Of a DNA stretch of 64,000 nucleotides, positions 29,726 to 41,900 are shown piece after piece. Under the pieces are notes generated by a model, which saw only the letters and a program-made list of their open reading frames with translations, was not told the DNA's origin and made no database searches. The stretch's first letter is position 1, and every line of letters begins with the position of its first letter. Location: positions 320,001 to 384,000 of the forward strand of contig CAWEPK010000007.1 of the NCBI GenBank assembly GCA_963810935.1. Direction: 5' to 3'. The position numbers were made by a program, and so were the translations under genes. Source of the stretch: an uncultured delta proteobacterium. GTDB taxonomy: Bacteria > Desulfobacterota > Syntrophorhabdia > Syntrophorhabdales > WCHB1-27.

Positions 29726-30182
29726 TTTTTCTTTAGCGCGTACCCGGCTTTCCACTGCATCCTCATACTTGCCGCTTTACTTCGTAACTGAGGCTGTGTC
29801 TTTTCGACAACGGAAAATATGTCGAAAACTATGTGGTATTAAAAAAAGACCACAGGTAATTCCGGATGGTGATCATCGTAGGCCACTGTGTGAACGGTGA
29901 ACAAAGACCGCAATTTTCGTACAGGAGAGGCGTGCGGATGCAAAAGTTATCCTTCGTATTCGTGCCTTCGACGGCTGTTTCGTCCTAAATAACAATCATT
30001 CTATCCCTCGTCAGTGATACATTTTGCTTGACACGATGTTTAATATACTGTTATATATTGGCTGCACACGGACATAGGCGCGAAAAAGTCAAAGGGTCTC
30101 AAGCGTTAACCCCCCAAGTATTTCATCAGAGAGACAGCCGAGCCGCCTGAGTCGTTATCATAAAACATCTTCGGGAAATTCA

Positions 30183-31001
30183 ATGGATGCATCGGTAATA
30201 AGAAAAGAGCTTATAGCGAGGGTGGACACGATCAAAGTTCTGCCTACGCTGAACGCAGTCATCGATAAGGTGCTCGCCGTGCTGTCGAACGACAACGCCT
30301 CCTTCCACGATCTGTTCGGCGTCGTGAAATACGATCAGGCCATGTCCTCCAAGGTAATAGCCATCGCCAACTCCGCGTACTACAGCAGAGGGGCGCAGAT
30401 AGTCAACCTGGAAAGGGCCATGATTGCCATCGGCCTCGACGAGATACGAAGGATCGTCATGTGCCTCGTTTTCCTCAAGGAGATGCTGAGCCAGTGGAAC
30501 CTGAGCAACGACGATCTGCTGTCTCTCTGGAACCATGCTTTGTCGGTCGCCTGCGCGGCGAAGATGCTGGCCGAAAGGACAATGGCCGAGGACCGCGAAA
30601 AGGCATTCACGGTGTCGATCCTCCACGACATAGGCAAGATCCCGTTTTACATGTACGGCGACCGCTACAGGCGCTTGCAGCAGGAGGCCCGCGACGGAGG
30701 CAAAGACATCTGCTCGCTCGAAAGGGAGCAGTTCGGCATCGACCACGCAGAGCTTGGATATTTCATATCGACCAAGTGGCGGTTCCCCGATGAATTCTCG
30801 GCGGTCATAGCGGGCCATCACGGAAGAGGCGAGGGCAAAAGCGCCCTTACAGGGATCGTCATGGCGGCAGACAAGTTCGTCGAAAACCCGGACGACGAAT
30901 CCGGGCCCGAGAGCCTCATCCTCCGAGAGGGGGCCGGGATAATCGAGGCGGAAACAAAGAAAATATCCGGGCTTCTCGGCGTTACGCCGGCCGATAAATA
31001 A
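30183..31001 (+). CDS. HDOD-domain signalling protein
   Basis: LPTL, DQAMSSKV..ANSAYY, LHDIGK, DHAELG and W.FP..HH motifs. Confidence 0.92.
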   Translation: MDASVIRKELIARVDTIKVLPTLNAVIDKVLAVLSNDNASFHDLFGVVKYDQAMSSKVIAIANSAYYSRGAQIVNLERAMIAIGLDEIRRIVMCLVFLKEMLSQWNLSNDDLLSLWNHALSVACAAKMLAERTMAEDREKAFTVSILHDIGKIPFYMYGDRYRRLQQEARDGGKDICSLEREQFGIDHAELGYFISTKWRFPDEFSAVIAGHHGRGEGKSALTGIVMAADKFVENPDDESGPESLILREGAGIIEAETKKISGLLGVTPADK

Positions 31002-31118
31002 TCAACGACAACAGACGCTTCGCTTCTTTGCCGCATCACCGTTGTGACGTTTCATATATGCTTTATACCAACGACAAGACACCCCCAAGGGGCGAGGGAA
31101 ATAGAAGAGACGCCTTCT

Positions 31119-31214
31119 CCCTTCCTCCGTCACCCTGGCGGACGCCGGGGTCCAGGCGGCTCTAAGCCAGGAAAACCCTGGATACCGGCTTTCGCCGGTA
31201 TGACGGAGGGGAAG
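31119..31214. repeat. REP-like doublet (GTCAxxCxGGCG..GCCGG..TCCAG / CTGGA..CCGGCTTTCGCCGGTATGAC)
   Basis: Long inverted repeat; related copy at 36806-36917. Confidence 0.75.
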
Positions 31215-31341
31215 AGGCGCCTCATAGCGCGACCCCGCAGCAGGCGGGAGTCCGGCCGCCCGGAGCATTGGTTTAGCTTTTTCTCCTTGCCTTTTCCGCG
31301 TCCAAGGGCGCAACCACCACCGCTCATGCATTTCTTGCGAC

Positions 31342-32952
31342 ATGGTTGCGCTTTCCCGCCAACCGCGCCCATTTCCCGCCCTTTTGCTGTTGACACAACG
31401 GGCCTCCGGGCGCGATCATGTTACCGTGAGTCAGTCTTTTTGGGTCATCTTCAGCGTAGCCACCGGCATGTTCATGATAAGGATGAACAATTACAGCCTG
31501 AACGTCTGTCTGCCGGCAACGTCCAGGTATTTCCAGGTAGGGCCGGGGGCGATCTCCAGGACCGTCACCGCCTATCTGGTCGTCGTCACCGGCTCCTTCC
31601 TGGTGTTCGGAAAAGTCTCCGACCGCGTTGGCCCAAGGCCGGTCCTCTTGTGGGGCTTCGTTGTATTCGCCGCCGGTTCTTTCTGCTGCAGCATGGCGTG
31701 GAGGGTCGAAGCCCTGATCGGGTTCCGCGTAGTGCAGGGCGTGGGCGCGGCCATGCTCGTCTCCTCGGCCTATGCCATAGTGTCGAAGTTTGTCCCGCAG
31801 GAGCGCATCGGCATGGCTTACGGCCTCGTGTCTACTGCTGCCGCCGCGGGAATCGCCGTGGGCGCGCCTTTGGGCGGTCTCATCAGCAACTGGCTGTCCT
31901 GGAAATGGATCTTCCTGTTGAACGTCCCCGTGGGCCTCGCGGCAGCGGCAATGGGACTGAAGATACCGCATGGAAAAGGCACGCCGCTGCCGGAAGAATG
32001 CCGGAAACCCGCAAGCGGGTCCGGCGGGTTCGACGTGATAGGCGCGGTCCTCAGCTTCTCGGGCCTCGTTTTCCTCGTGTTCGGCGTCGACGGCGCCAAA
32101 AGATTCGGATGGTCGTCTCCCGTGACAGTCCTTACGCTTGCCGTAGGCGGCGGTCTCCTTGCCCTGTTCGTGCACAGAGAGCGCACGTGCGGCCAGGCGC
32201 TCCTAGACGTCCGGTCCCTGGGCGACCGTGGGCTCGCCTTCGAGCTGGTCGGGACGATCTTCGCATATATGGCTTTTTCGGGGATGATCTTTCTTTTGCC
32301 GTTCTACCTGGCGGTGGTAAAAGGCTTCAACGCGAGCCAGATCGGCTTTTTGCTCCTGGTCTACGCCCTCATTTACGTCTTCTTCTCCTCATTTGCGGGA
32401 AGGTTGTCCGACAAGGTGAACCCGAACTACCTCTGCGGGGCGGGCATGCTTTCCGCGTCCGTCTGCGCTCTCACGTTCTCGCAGACCCTCCTGCATGACG
32501 GGCTCGCATGGACGTTCGTATTCGTCGGGTGGCTGGGCGTCTCTTACGTGCTGTTCTTTGCGCCCAACAGCAATGCGGTCATGCGCCGCGCGCCGGTTGA
32601 GAGGAAGGGGAGCGTCTCGGGCCTGCTCAACGCTACGATCAACCTCGGCACGGTGCTCGGGTTGGCGTTGTTGCAGACGATTTTCACGAGCGCGAGCCAG
32701 GGCTTGGCGGCTACAGCGGCCGGCTTCGGCCGGACGGCTGCGTCGAGGGAGCTTTTGTTGTCCGGCTTCGCGCACGCCTATGCGGTGGGAGGGCTTTTCT
32801 GTGCGGCGGCGTCGGCGAGCGCGTTTATGGCGGTGTTGAGCCGGAAGGCGGCGGTGCTGCGCGTGGAGACGTCAGGCGTTCCGGCGCTGGTGCGGCGTTT
32901 CGCGCTTCCCCAGCGCGCCGTTTGTTTCAGCGCCACGGATAAAAAGCGATAA
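31342..32952 (+). CDS. MFS transporter, DHA2 (EmrB/QacA-like)
   Basis: GKVSDRVGPR, RVVQGVG, W.WIFLLNVPVG and FD..G motifs; about 14 TM segments; start uncertain. Confidence 0.88.
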   Translation: MVALSRQPRPFPALLLLTQRASGRDHVTVSQSFWVIFSVATGMFMIRMNNYSLNVCLPATSRYFQVGPGAISRTVTAYLVVVTGSFLVFGKVSDRVGPRPVLLWGFVVFAAGSFCCSMAWRVEALIGFRVVQGVGAAMLVSSAYAIVSKFVPQERIGMAYGLVSTAAAAGIAVGAPLGGLISNWLSWKWIFLLNVPVGLAAAAMGLKIPHGKGTPLPEECRKPASGSGGFDVIGAVLSFSGLVFLVFGVDGAKRFGWSSPVTVLTLAVGGGLLALFVHRERTCGQALLDVRSLGDRGLAFELVGTIFAYMAFSGMIFLLPFYLAVVKGFNASQIGFLLLVYALIYVFFSSFAGRLSDKVNPNYLCGAGMLSASVCALTFSQTLLHDGLAWTFVFVGWLGVSYVLFFAPNSNAVMRRAPVERKGSVSGLLNATINLGTVLGLALLQTIFTSASQGLAATAAGFGRTAASRELLLSGFAHAYAVGGLFCAAASASAFMAVLSRKAAVLRVETSGVPALVRRFALPQRAVCFSATDKKR

Positions 32953-32991
32953 AGCAAAAGCGGGACCGGCGGTATAATCCGGTGCGGGCGA

Positions 32992-33565
32992 ATGCTCTTG
33001 ACACGCGCCGGTCAGGGATGGTATTGGAAATTTGCAATAAATAACAATACGGGCAGACGGAGGTGCAGGATAAAGCTGCTTGCGGCGGCGGCATTGGCCG
33101 TCCTTCTTATCTCTCCCGTTTTCGCGTCCGAAAGATGCCGGGTCAACGATACGGACATCAATGCGGAGTACTACGGCGACTGCGAGAAAGGCCTGGCGAC
33201 GGGCCGGAGCATCGCCAGAGGCAGGAATAGCTACCAGGGTAGTTTCGAGAACGGTAATAAGCATGGCGAAGGCATGTATACCTGGGCCAACGGCAATACA
33301 TACGAGGGCGATTACAAGGACGACAGGCGCAACGGCCGGGGCGTATTCACCTTTGCTAACGGAGACAAGTATGAGGGTGACTTCCGGGACGATAAGCGCC
33401 ATGGCGTTGGGGCATACAACTGGGCAAACGGCAGCAGATACGTTGGCGAATACAGAGACGACGAAGCGCAGCGGCCAGGGAGTTTTCACCTGCAAATCAG
33501 GCAAGAGGTACTCAGGCATATGGGAGAATGGAACGATAAACGGGCAAACGCCCGCCTGCCCTTAA
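32992..33565 (+). CDS. Secreted MORN-repeat protein (frameshift near 3' end)
   Basis: Y.G.F.NG.KHG.G.YTWANG repeats; start uncertain. Confidence 0.8.
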
Positions 33566-33603
33566 TCAGCCGTAACTATTCCTGTTAATATCCCGGACCA
33601 TGT

Positions 33604-36600
33604 CTATTGCGCCGCCCGCTCGTTACCACCGTCCCCTTTTGCATCGATTACGCGGCGGACCGTTTCCGCCACCTCTTTCCTCGTGAGCGGCTTCATCAGG
33701 AACGCGCTCACGCCGGCCGTCTTTGCCTGCTCCGCCGATACCGTCTCGCTGTAGCCCGTGATGAGGATCACCGGCACGTCCGGCGCAGCCTTGAACACCT
33801 TCCCGGCGAGGCCGATGCCGGTAAGCCCCGGCATCACCTGGCCCGTGATGACGAGCCGGAACCTGCCGGGATGCTTTCTGAAAATCTCCCACGCCTTGAT
33901 CCCGCCCGTCGCCGTCGTCACCATGTACCCAAGACCTTTCAACACCTTAGAGGCCATGCGCAGTATGCCCGGCTCGTCGTCCACTAAAAGGACGCGCTCC
34001 GTGCCGCGCGCAGCCGGGCCTTCGTCTTCCTGCTCGGAGGCTGCCTCCGCGTGCGCCAGGGGCAGGTAGACGTTGAACAGGGTGCCTGCGCCCGGCGTGC
34101 TTTCCACGGTGATCTCCCCGTCGTGGTCCCTCACTATGCCGTAAACGACTGCAAGCCCCATACCCGTCCCCTTGCCCTGCGCCTTGGTCGTGAAGAAGGG
34201 CTCGAATATGCGGCGGCGCACGTCGTCGCTCATGCCCGCCCCCGTGTCACGCACGCTCAGGCAGGCATATTTGCCTGGCGGCAGGCTTACGCCGGGCAGG
34301 GGGTCCGCTCCCGGCAGGGCGACGTTCGCAAGGCCGATCGTGAGCACGCCCCCTTTTTTCTCCATCGCGTGCAAGGCGTTTGTGCCGAGGTTGACCACGA
34401 TCTGCTGTATCTGGGAAAGGTCGGCCAGGATTATGTCGTCTTCCGCCTTCAGGTCAAGCTCCATTTTGATCGTTGTGGGGATGGCGCTGCGCAGGAGCTG
34501 GTACGTCTCCTTCACGACGGGCTTCAGCTTGAGGGGGTTGCTCACGCGCTCAGACTTCCTGCTGAACGTCAGTATCTGCTTGGTCAGGTCGCGTGCGCGC
34601 TTCGACGCCTTGACGATCTGCTTCACGTTCCTGGACGTCCCCGACGCCTCGTTCAGGTCGTCCAGCACCAGCTCCGCATTGCCGAGTATGATCGCGAGCA
34701 TATTGTTGAAGTCGTGGGCGATGCCGCCCGCCAGCGTGCCTACCGCCTCCATCTTCTGCGACTGGCGCAGGTGCTCTTCCAGCACGGCTTTTTCTTTCTC
34801 GGCCCTCCTCTGGTCCGTGATGTCCATGCTCACCTCGATGACGAGGGACGATCCGTCTACGTCGGTAAACGGGGCGTCGTAGACTGCCATGACGTCGCCT
34901 GCGCGCGTCATGCGCTCCGAGTGGAGCGCTCTGCCCGTCTGAAGGACGGAGAACGCGGGGCAGGGGTCGCACGGCGCCTCCCTGCCGTGCAGGTGCTCGT
35001 AACAATGGCGCTCCCCGGCATCTCCGAATTTCTCACGATAGGCGCGGTTGGCAAAGGCTATGTGATAGTCGGCCGTCAGCAGGCAAACAAGGGGCGGCAC
35101 CGCCTCCAGCGTGTCGTACAGCCTGCGGCGCTCGTTCTCAAGCTCCGCCGTACGTTCCAGCACCCGCTGCTCAAGCTCGTCGCGCGAGCGGCGCACCTCG
35201 TCCTGAGCCTGCCTGCGGGCCGTTACGTCGCTTTGCACCCCGTCCCATATCGTGCGGCCGTCCGGCGCGCGGTGCGGCCGCGCATGGAGGTACATCCACC
35301 GCGTTTGGCCGTCCGGCCTGCGCATGGGGACTTCCATATCGAGGTCCGAGAGGTCGGCCGCGCTTTTCGCCTGCGCCTCCAACATGCGCCGGCGGTATTC
35401 CCTCGGGATCTGCCTGTACAGGACGGAGGCGTCGGCCAGCACGTCGGCCACGCGTACGCCGTTCATGTGCTCGATGCCGCTGCTGACGTAGAGGAAACAG
35501 GTGGTCCCGTCCGGCTCGCGGGCATACTGGTAGACCGCACTGTCCGGCAGGTTATTTTCAAGAAGGCGCATACGCTTTTCACTTTCGCTCAGGGCCTCCT
35601 CGCGCAAGCGCACCTTCTCCGCCATTTCATTGAACTCGACGGCAAGCTCCCGCAATTCGGTCGGTCCGGCAGTCAACCGCATTTGCCGCCGTTCTCCCCG
35701 GCCCAGGGCGCGCGCCCTGTCGCGGAGGCCGATGATCGCCTGCGAGATGGGACCGGCGTTAACAATAACGGCGGTGAAGGCGGCGACGGCCACGAGGAGT
35801 ATGAGAAGCGCCTGCGGCACGAGGGCCTGCCTTATCTCCTTTACCACTGCGGCTTCCGCCCGGCTTGCCGCGACCACCCACCCCAGCGAGCCGACGGGCG
35901 CGAAGGCGGCCAGCCGCCACGTCCGGGTCCGGGGCGCCCAGACCCTCGCCGTGACTTCTTTCCCCTTCATTGTCTGAGCCATGACGGGATAGAGCTTAAG
36001 CCAGTTCCGGTGCTCCATCGGAAATAGCGTGGATGGATAACGATAGACGTGGATGCCCTTTGCGTCGACCAGGCTTATGCCGCCGTCTTCTTCCCGTTCG
36101 ATGGCGAGCACGTTGTCCATCATCCCGGGCACGATGGCCGCGCTCACTATGCCCAGGAGCTTCCCTGACGCGTCGCGGACAGGCCTGACGATGGCGAATA
36201 TCTCCCTGCCCGTCAGGCTCGGAGGTAAAAAGATCGGTCAGGACCCAGTCTTCCGCGGAGATGTAGTCAGCGAGACGGCCGTTTTTCGCGAGGTCGAGGC
36301 TCTCGGCTTCAGGCCTGCTCGCTGCCAGCACCCGGCCGTTGGGGGCAGCCCAGAGGAACTCCCTGAACGCCTTATTCTCCAACTGCGCGGAGAGCAATAT
36401 CTGGCGCAGGGCGTCCTGCGAGGGCGGCGGCCTTACGGTGGCCGCCTTGCCTATCGCTGCCTCGGTGCGGATTACGTCGAAGACAAATGCCTCGAAGGAT
36501 TTGGCGACGGTCCTGGCGATTTCCGCGTTGGACCGCATCTCCGTCTGTTTGCGCTCCCGGTACCAGCTATAGAAAGTAAACGCCTGGAGGAAGAGAAGGG

Positions 36601-36673
36601 GGACAAAGACGGACAGAAGCAAAAGCAGGATCGTCTTCCGGATTCCCATAGAAGCGCGAAACCTTTGCATCAT
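33604..36673 (-). CDS. Membrane hybrid histidine kinase (Cache-HAMP-PAS-HisKA-HATPase-REC; frameshift ~36200)
   Basis: GIAHDFNN H-box, DTGAG, PFFTTK, GTGMGL and a REC domain; the N-terminus lies in ORF 35996-36673. Confidence 0.88.
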
Positions 36674-36805
36674 CCTTTACCTTAATGCCCTAAAGAAGTA
36701 AAACTGATCCCATACTAGGATAACAGAACGCTTCGCCGACGCCAAATAAAATCGTTATACGGTTCGTGGAAGTTATTCATGTTTGAAGTGCGCCGGCTCC
36801 TTTCC

Positions 36806-37180
36806 CTCCGTCATGCCGGCGGAAGCCGGCATCCAGCGATTTTAAGGACCTTGAATGACCTGGACCCTGGCTCCCGGATTGAAACATCCCGGGACAGGTT
36901 CCGCCAGGGCGACGGAGAAACGAACCGCGACTTTATTCTGCAAGTCGCTCTATAGGACATCAGGGCCACACCGGCGCCGGGCGGGAAGGGTTGCCTGGAG
37001 GTGGTGTTGAACCCGATTACTGCCGGAGCGAGCGCCGAGCGCGGCAGTAATAAAGCAAGCGAAGCGCCGCGCCGAGGGGGGAGGCTCCATGCGGCTGATG
37101 CCGCTGGAGGGGGTGCTGAACCCCAATGATAGTAGGCCCTCCCCCTTGTAGCAAGGGGGAGGGCAGGTTGGGGAGGGTGG
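36806..37180. repeat. Cluster of mixed REP-like palindromes
   Basis: Copies of the 31119 and 18335 families plus a CCCTCCCCC..GGGGGAGGG hairpin. Confidence 0.7.
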
Positions 37181-37210
37181 GTACTGCCGTATTTAGTGGT
37201 GGCGGCCTTT

Positions 37211-38599
37211 TCAGGCCGCAGGCACGGTCCGCGCGCGGCCGTTATGCGGGCCGGGGGACGCGGTTTCCCTGACCGTGGAGAGAGAGAACTCCCGGACGGG
37301 CGTAGCGAGCAGGGGGCGGCGGACCGATCTGATGTCCACCCCCGCCCTCATGGCGGATATGACCCCTGCCGCCTCCAGGTAATTGTCCACGATAAAGAGC
37401 TTTCCGGGCGCGAAAGGCAGGTCTTCGAGCTTATTTCTCATGCGGTTGGCGTTTTCCCGCACGGCGATAACCGGTATGCCGTGCTCGAGGGCCGCAAGAA
37501 CCGGCAGGCCGAGGCAGCCGTAAGGGATTATAAGGCAGGAGACGTGCTCCGCGGTGAGGGTATCGTCCGTGCACGCATCGATGGGCACGATGGCGGGGCT
37601 TCTGTGCATGCCCTTGATAATGCAATGGAGGCACGTGATCGAAACGACCTCTGCTGCTTTCCTCGGGTCGACGACCCCCAACTCCGTGTATGCGTCGTAT
37701 CCGTCGGACATCGAGGGCATCATAGGCGAGTGCGCGGAAGGCACGTCGAAAAGCAGGGAGACGCCGTGGGTAAGCATCGCCTCCGCCCCGCCCCACGGGT
37801 TGAGGATATCGCCATTGCTGTGGAAGTAATCGCGCCGTATGCGCATGGGCGCGTCGATGACCGACGAGACCGCCACCGCGTCGTACTCGCCCCTGTATTC
37901 CGACAGCAGCTCGCACAGCCGGTCGAAGTGGTCGATCCTGCCGACCGCCCTTCCGGATCGCGAATAGAGCGACTTCATGCTGAACCGGTCATTCATCAGC
38001 ACGACGCCGGGGCAATCGAGGCCCATGGCCGCCCTGGCTGCCGACACGGCGTTTATAGCCCCTTCGTAGAGGGGCTTTTCGTCAAGCTTGTCGATGACGA
38101 GGATGACCCTGTTCGACCGGACCTTGCGGAGGCCGATTGCGCCCATCATGAAGCGTGTCAGGACGCTCCCTTCCACGTATAGGCCGTTCTCCGGAAGCTC
38201 GTTGATGTCGGACGCGTTGACTACGTTCGGATGGGTTATCAGGGTGTCGCACGTAGAGGCGATCAGGCGGGCGAGCGCCCCGGCGTCGCCGGAATGTCCA
38301 CCGATCTCAGCGCCTACGCCGGTCGGCACCATCAGCACTATGTTGAGCTTCCTGGTGTCTTCGTGCGTGCGCTTTCTGAACTCGAATATCTTGTCCGGCT
38401 CTATGCCCACGGACGGCCCCGCGCCCGCAAGCACGCCCATCTCGCAATGGTAATGTTTCCGGTCTGTTTCCGTGACGACGAACCTGACGGGGACTTCATC
38501 GGGCCCAAGGCGGCCAAGGACGATCTCCGGCAGCTCGTCAAGCAGGCCCGCATGGCCCGGAATAACGGGGATGGTCATCTCTTTTTCGTGCAGGAACAT
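37211..38599 (-). CDS. DUF3326-family protein with N-terminal extension
   Basis: VPTGVGAEIGGHSGDA, LITHPNVVNA, YVEG, GGAEA..H, AHSP, VDPRKAAE and NYLEAAG motifs. ATG 38599 with GAGGTG RBS. Confidence 0.8.
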   Translation of the reverse strand: MFLHEKEMTIPVIPGHAGLLDELPEIVLGRLGPDEVPVRFVVTETDRKHYHCEMGVLAGAGPSVGIEPDKIFEFRKRTHEDTRKLNIVLMVPTGVGAEIGGHSGDAGALARLIASTCDTLITHPNVVNASDINELPENGLYVEGSVLTRFMMGAIGLRKVRSNRVILVIDKLDEKPLYEGAINAVSAARAAMGLDCPGVVLMNDRFSMKSLYSRSGRAVGRIDHFDRLCELLSEYRGEYDAVAVSSVIDAPMRIRRDYFHSNGDILNPWGGAEAMLTHGVSLLFDVPSAHSPMMPSMSDGYDAYTELGVVDPRKAAEVVSITCLHCIIKGMHRSPAIVPIDACTDDTLTAEHVSCLIIPYGCLGLPVLAALEHGIPVIAVRENANRMRNKLEDLPFAPGKLFIVDNYLEAAGVISAMRAGVDIRSVRRPLLATPVREFSLSTVRETASPGPHNGRARTVPAA

Positions 38600-38933
38600 C
38601 GGGCACCTCGGGTTCGGAAACATGGTGCGGCGGTCCGTCTCGACGGTAGTATATGCGCCCCTGTTCCCCGTGTCATGCGGATTCAGCCGCTGCAGGCCCC
38701 CGAAAGCGTCCGACGCGCGCGGATTGCCGGACAGCCGTGTACAGGCGTGTACATCAAATGCGGTGTTTTTTGCTCCGAGCGCCTGTAACGCTTAACCTAC
38801 TATCCGGACGGTCCGATAAGATTAGATGGTGATGACTTATCACCGCCCCCGCGCGCGGGTATAAGGTCGCAGCCGGGGATTCGATCCATGCAGCGTCGCA
38901 GGCGGCAAAGCCGGTATCGAATGGAAAGGGAAG

Positions 38934-41900
38934 ATGGTCAGCAGGCACAGCTTGAAGCGTAATTACCCGTTCGTCATCCTGGTGGCATTGATGGCTGTGT
39001 TATCCCTGTGGCTGTTTGCAGTGCTCAGGGACCTCGATTACCAGCGGATAGAACGCTCTTTCGAAACCGATGCGGAACACCGTTATGAGACCCTGAAGCT
39101 TGAAATCGACCTGAATCTCCACGCAGTACGCTCGTTGAGGGCCCTGTACGCGAGCGACAGCGACGTCAAGGAAACCGAATTCAGCACCTTTGCCCGGTAT
39201 CTGTTGTCGAAGAACCCCAGCATACAGGCGCTCGAATGGATACCCAGGGTCCCCAATTCGCGACGGTCGTCCTATGAAGTGCTCGCAGCCGGACAGACTC
39301 CATCCTGTGCGCCAGATCACCGAACGGGACGGCCGGGGCAAGATGATAAGGGCCGGCGGCCGGGACCAGTATTTCCCGGTAGGGTTCGTGGAGCCTTATG
39401 AAGGTAACGAGGCAGCCCTCGGGTTCGACCTGGCTTCAAACCCCGAGCGGAAGACGGCACTGGACGCGGCGAGGGATACAGGGAACCTGGTTACGTCCCA
39501 ACGGATAAAACTCGTGCAGGAGAAAGCAGGCCAGTACGGGTTCCTGGTCTTCGGCCCCGTCTACCGGGGCAGCCCGGCCGATTCGGTCGAAGCAAGGCGC
39601 AGGAGCCTGCAAGGTTTTGTCCTCGGGGTCTTTCGCTGCGCCGATATAGCGGCGGGGGCTTTGCTCACCGAGGAGTCGACAGGCATTGCGTTGACTCTCT
39701 ATGACATTACCGCCCCCAGCGACGAGCAGCTTCTCTATCACCGGACGTCGCAGGTTGCTTCCGGCGCCAAGCCGGGCGCCCCGGGCAAACCCGTTTCGGA
39801 ACCCCCTTTCGTTTACAACAAGATACTGAACGTGGCGCAGCGCCAATGGCGTATGGCGATCTCGGCCGATGCCTCTTATGTCGCGCTCAACAGGTCATGG
39901 CAACCGTGGGGCGCGCTCCTTGCCGGGTTCCTCCTGGGCGCCCTGATCATAAATCAGCTCCTTGCGAGTGGAACGCACATCCGTTCTCTTGCCGCAGTCA
40001 ATGCGGACCTGCAAAACGAGGTGGTCGAGCGCAGGAGGACTGAGGACTCCCTCAGGGAGAGCGAGGCCAAGTTCCGCTCCTATATCGAAAGGTCCCCTCT
40101 GGCGGTCTTTGTGGCCGATCAGGAAGGGCGCATAATCGAAGTCAACCATTCGGCTACCGAGCTGACGGGTTACGATGCGGCAACGTTGTTAAAAATGCCT
40201 ATCTGGGAGCTGCACTCGGCAGAAGACCGGGAAGTTGTGCTCAACGAATTTACAAACCTGGCCCATGAAGGGCGCGTTGAGGGTGAATACCGCTTCCGGA
40301 GAAAGGATGGATCGCTTATCTGGGTCGGCCTCAAGGCCACCATGATCGGAGGCCGGGTGTCTCTTGCCTACTGTACGGACATCTCCGACCGGAAGCGGGC
40401 GGAAGAGGCATTGAGGCGATACGAGCTGCTGTCCGCGCACAGCCGTGACATTATGCTCTTCGTGCGCAAAGACGATGGGAGGGTCCTGGAGGCCAACGCC
40501 GCCGCCGAAAAGGCTTACGGTTACAGCCATGAGGACCTGTTGGGACTCACGGTCGCGGACTTACGCGCCCCCGAGACGCTCGTCCGGGTCCGGCGCGACC
40601 TCGATGAGGCCGATTCCGGCGGCATGCTCTTCGAAACCGTACACCGGCGCAGCGACGGCAGCACGTTCCCTGCCGAGGTGAGCGCTCGCGGCGCGACGAT
40701 CGGGGGCGTCCGCACGCTCGTGAGCGTGGTGAGGGATATTACAGAGCGGAAGCAGGCGGAGAAGGCGCTGCGGGAGTCGGAGAGCAAGTTCAGGGACTTC
40801 GCTGAAAGATCGACAGTCGGCATCTACCTCGTTCAAGGCGGTATCTTCAGGTACGTGAACGCCCGGTTCGCCGAAATAACGGGGTATCCGGTCCAGGAGA
40901 TAATCGACGTCAAGGGGCCGTCGCATCTCGTCCTGCCTGAAGACCTGCCCTTGTTGCTCGAAAACGCGGAGATCGGAAGGCGTGGGGAGGCCGGCTCGAT
41001 ACATGACGAGTTCAGGATCGCCACGAAACAATGGGAGATCAGGCAGGTGGAAATCTATGGTTCCTCCACAACGTACGGCGGTAAACCGGCGATGATCGGG
41101 ACCTTGATCGATATTACCGAGCGTAAGGCTACGGAAGAAGTGCTGCGCGAAAAGACGGCCTTCCTTGAGGCCCTGATTCATTCTTCCATGGACGGGATTT
41201 TCGTAGACGACGATAACCGGCGCAAGATATTCAAGAACCAGCGCTACATAGACCTGAGAAAGCTCCCGCCACACCTGGCCGATGAAGAGAGCGACGAGAA
41301 GATGCTGGAGTATTGCTCCGAAACAACCAAGAACCGGGAGGAGTTCATAGAACAGCTCGAGCACCTCTATTCGCACCCGTACGAGAGCAGCCTGGATGAA
41401 ATCGAGCTGACCGACGGGACCGTCCTGGAAAGGTACTCGGCGCCCGTCGTAAAAGACGGCAGGCATTACGGCCGCATATGGACGTTTCACGATATAACTC
41501 ACCGGAAGCTTACGGAAGAATCGCTCAGGCGCAGCGAGGCAACGATGAGGTCCATACTTTCTGCGTCGCCGATAGGTATAGCCGTTCAGAATGCGGACAG
41601 GGCCGCGCACTGGTTCAACGCAAGTATGTCCTCCATTACGGGTTACACGCAGGAAGAAATAAGAATTTACGGGGCCCGCAAGGTTTACGAGAGCGATGAA
41701 GAATACCAGCGTGTCAAGGAGGTCGTCTGGGGGGAAATCGAGAAGGGCGCCGACGGGACAACGGATACGAGATGGGTCCGCAAGGACGGCACGATGGTAG
41801 ACGTCCATTTGTGTATGGCGCCGATAGATCATGGCGACCTTTCCCTGGGCGTGGTCACCACGGCCACCGATATCACGTCCCGCAAGCTTGCCGAAGAGGC

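Noticed and set aside
30060..30150. c-di-GMP-I riboswitch-like tail (GGGTCTC..GAGACAGCCGAGCCGCC) upstream of HDOD
   Set aside because: The 5' half (GGCAAAC..GAAA..GCAAAG) cannot be found; an Infernal scan would be needed.
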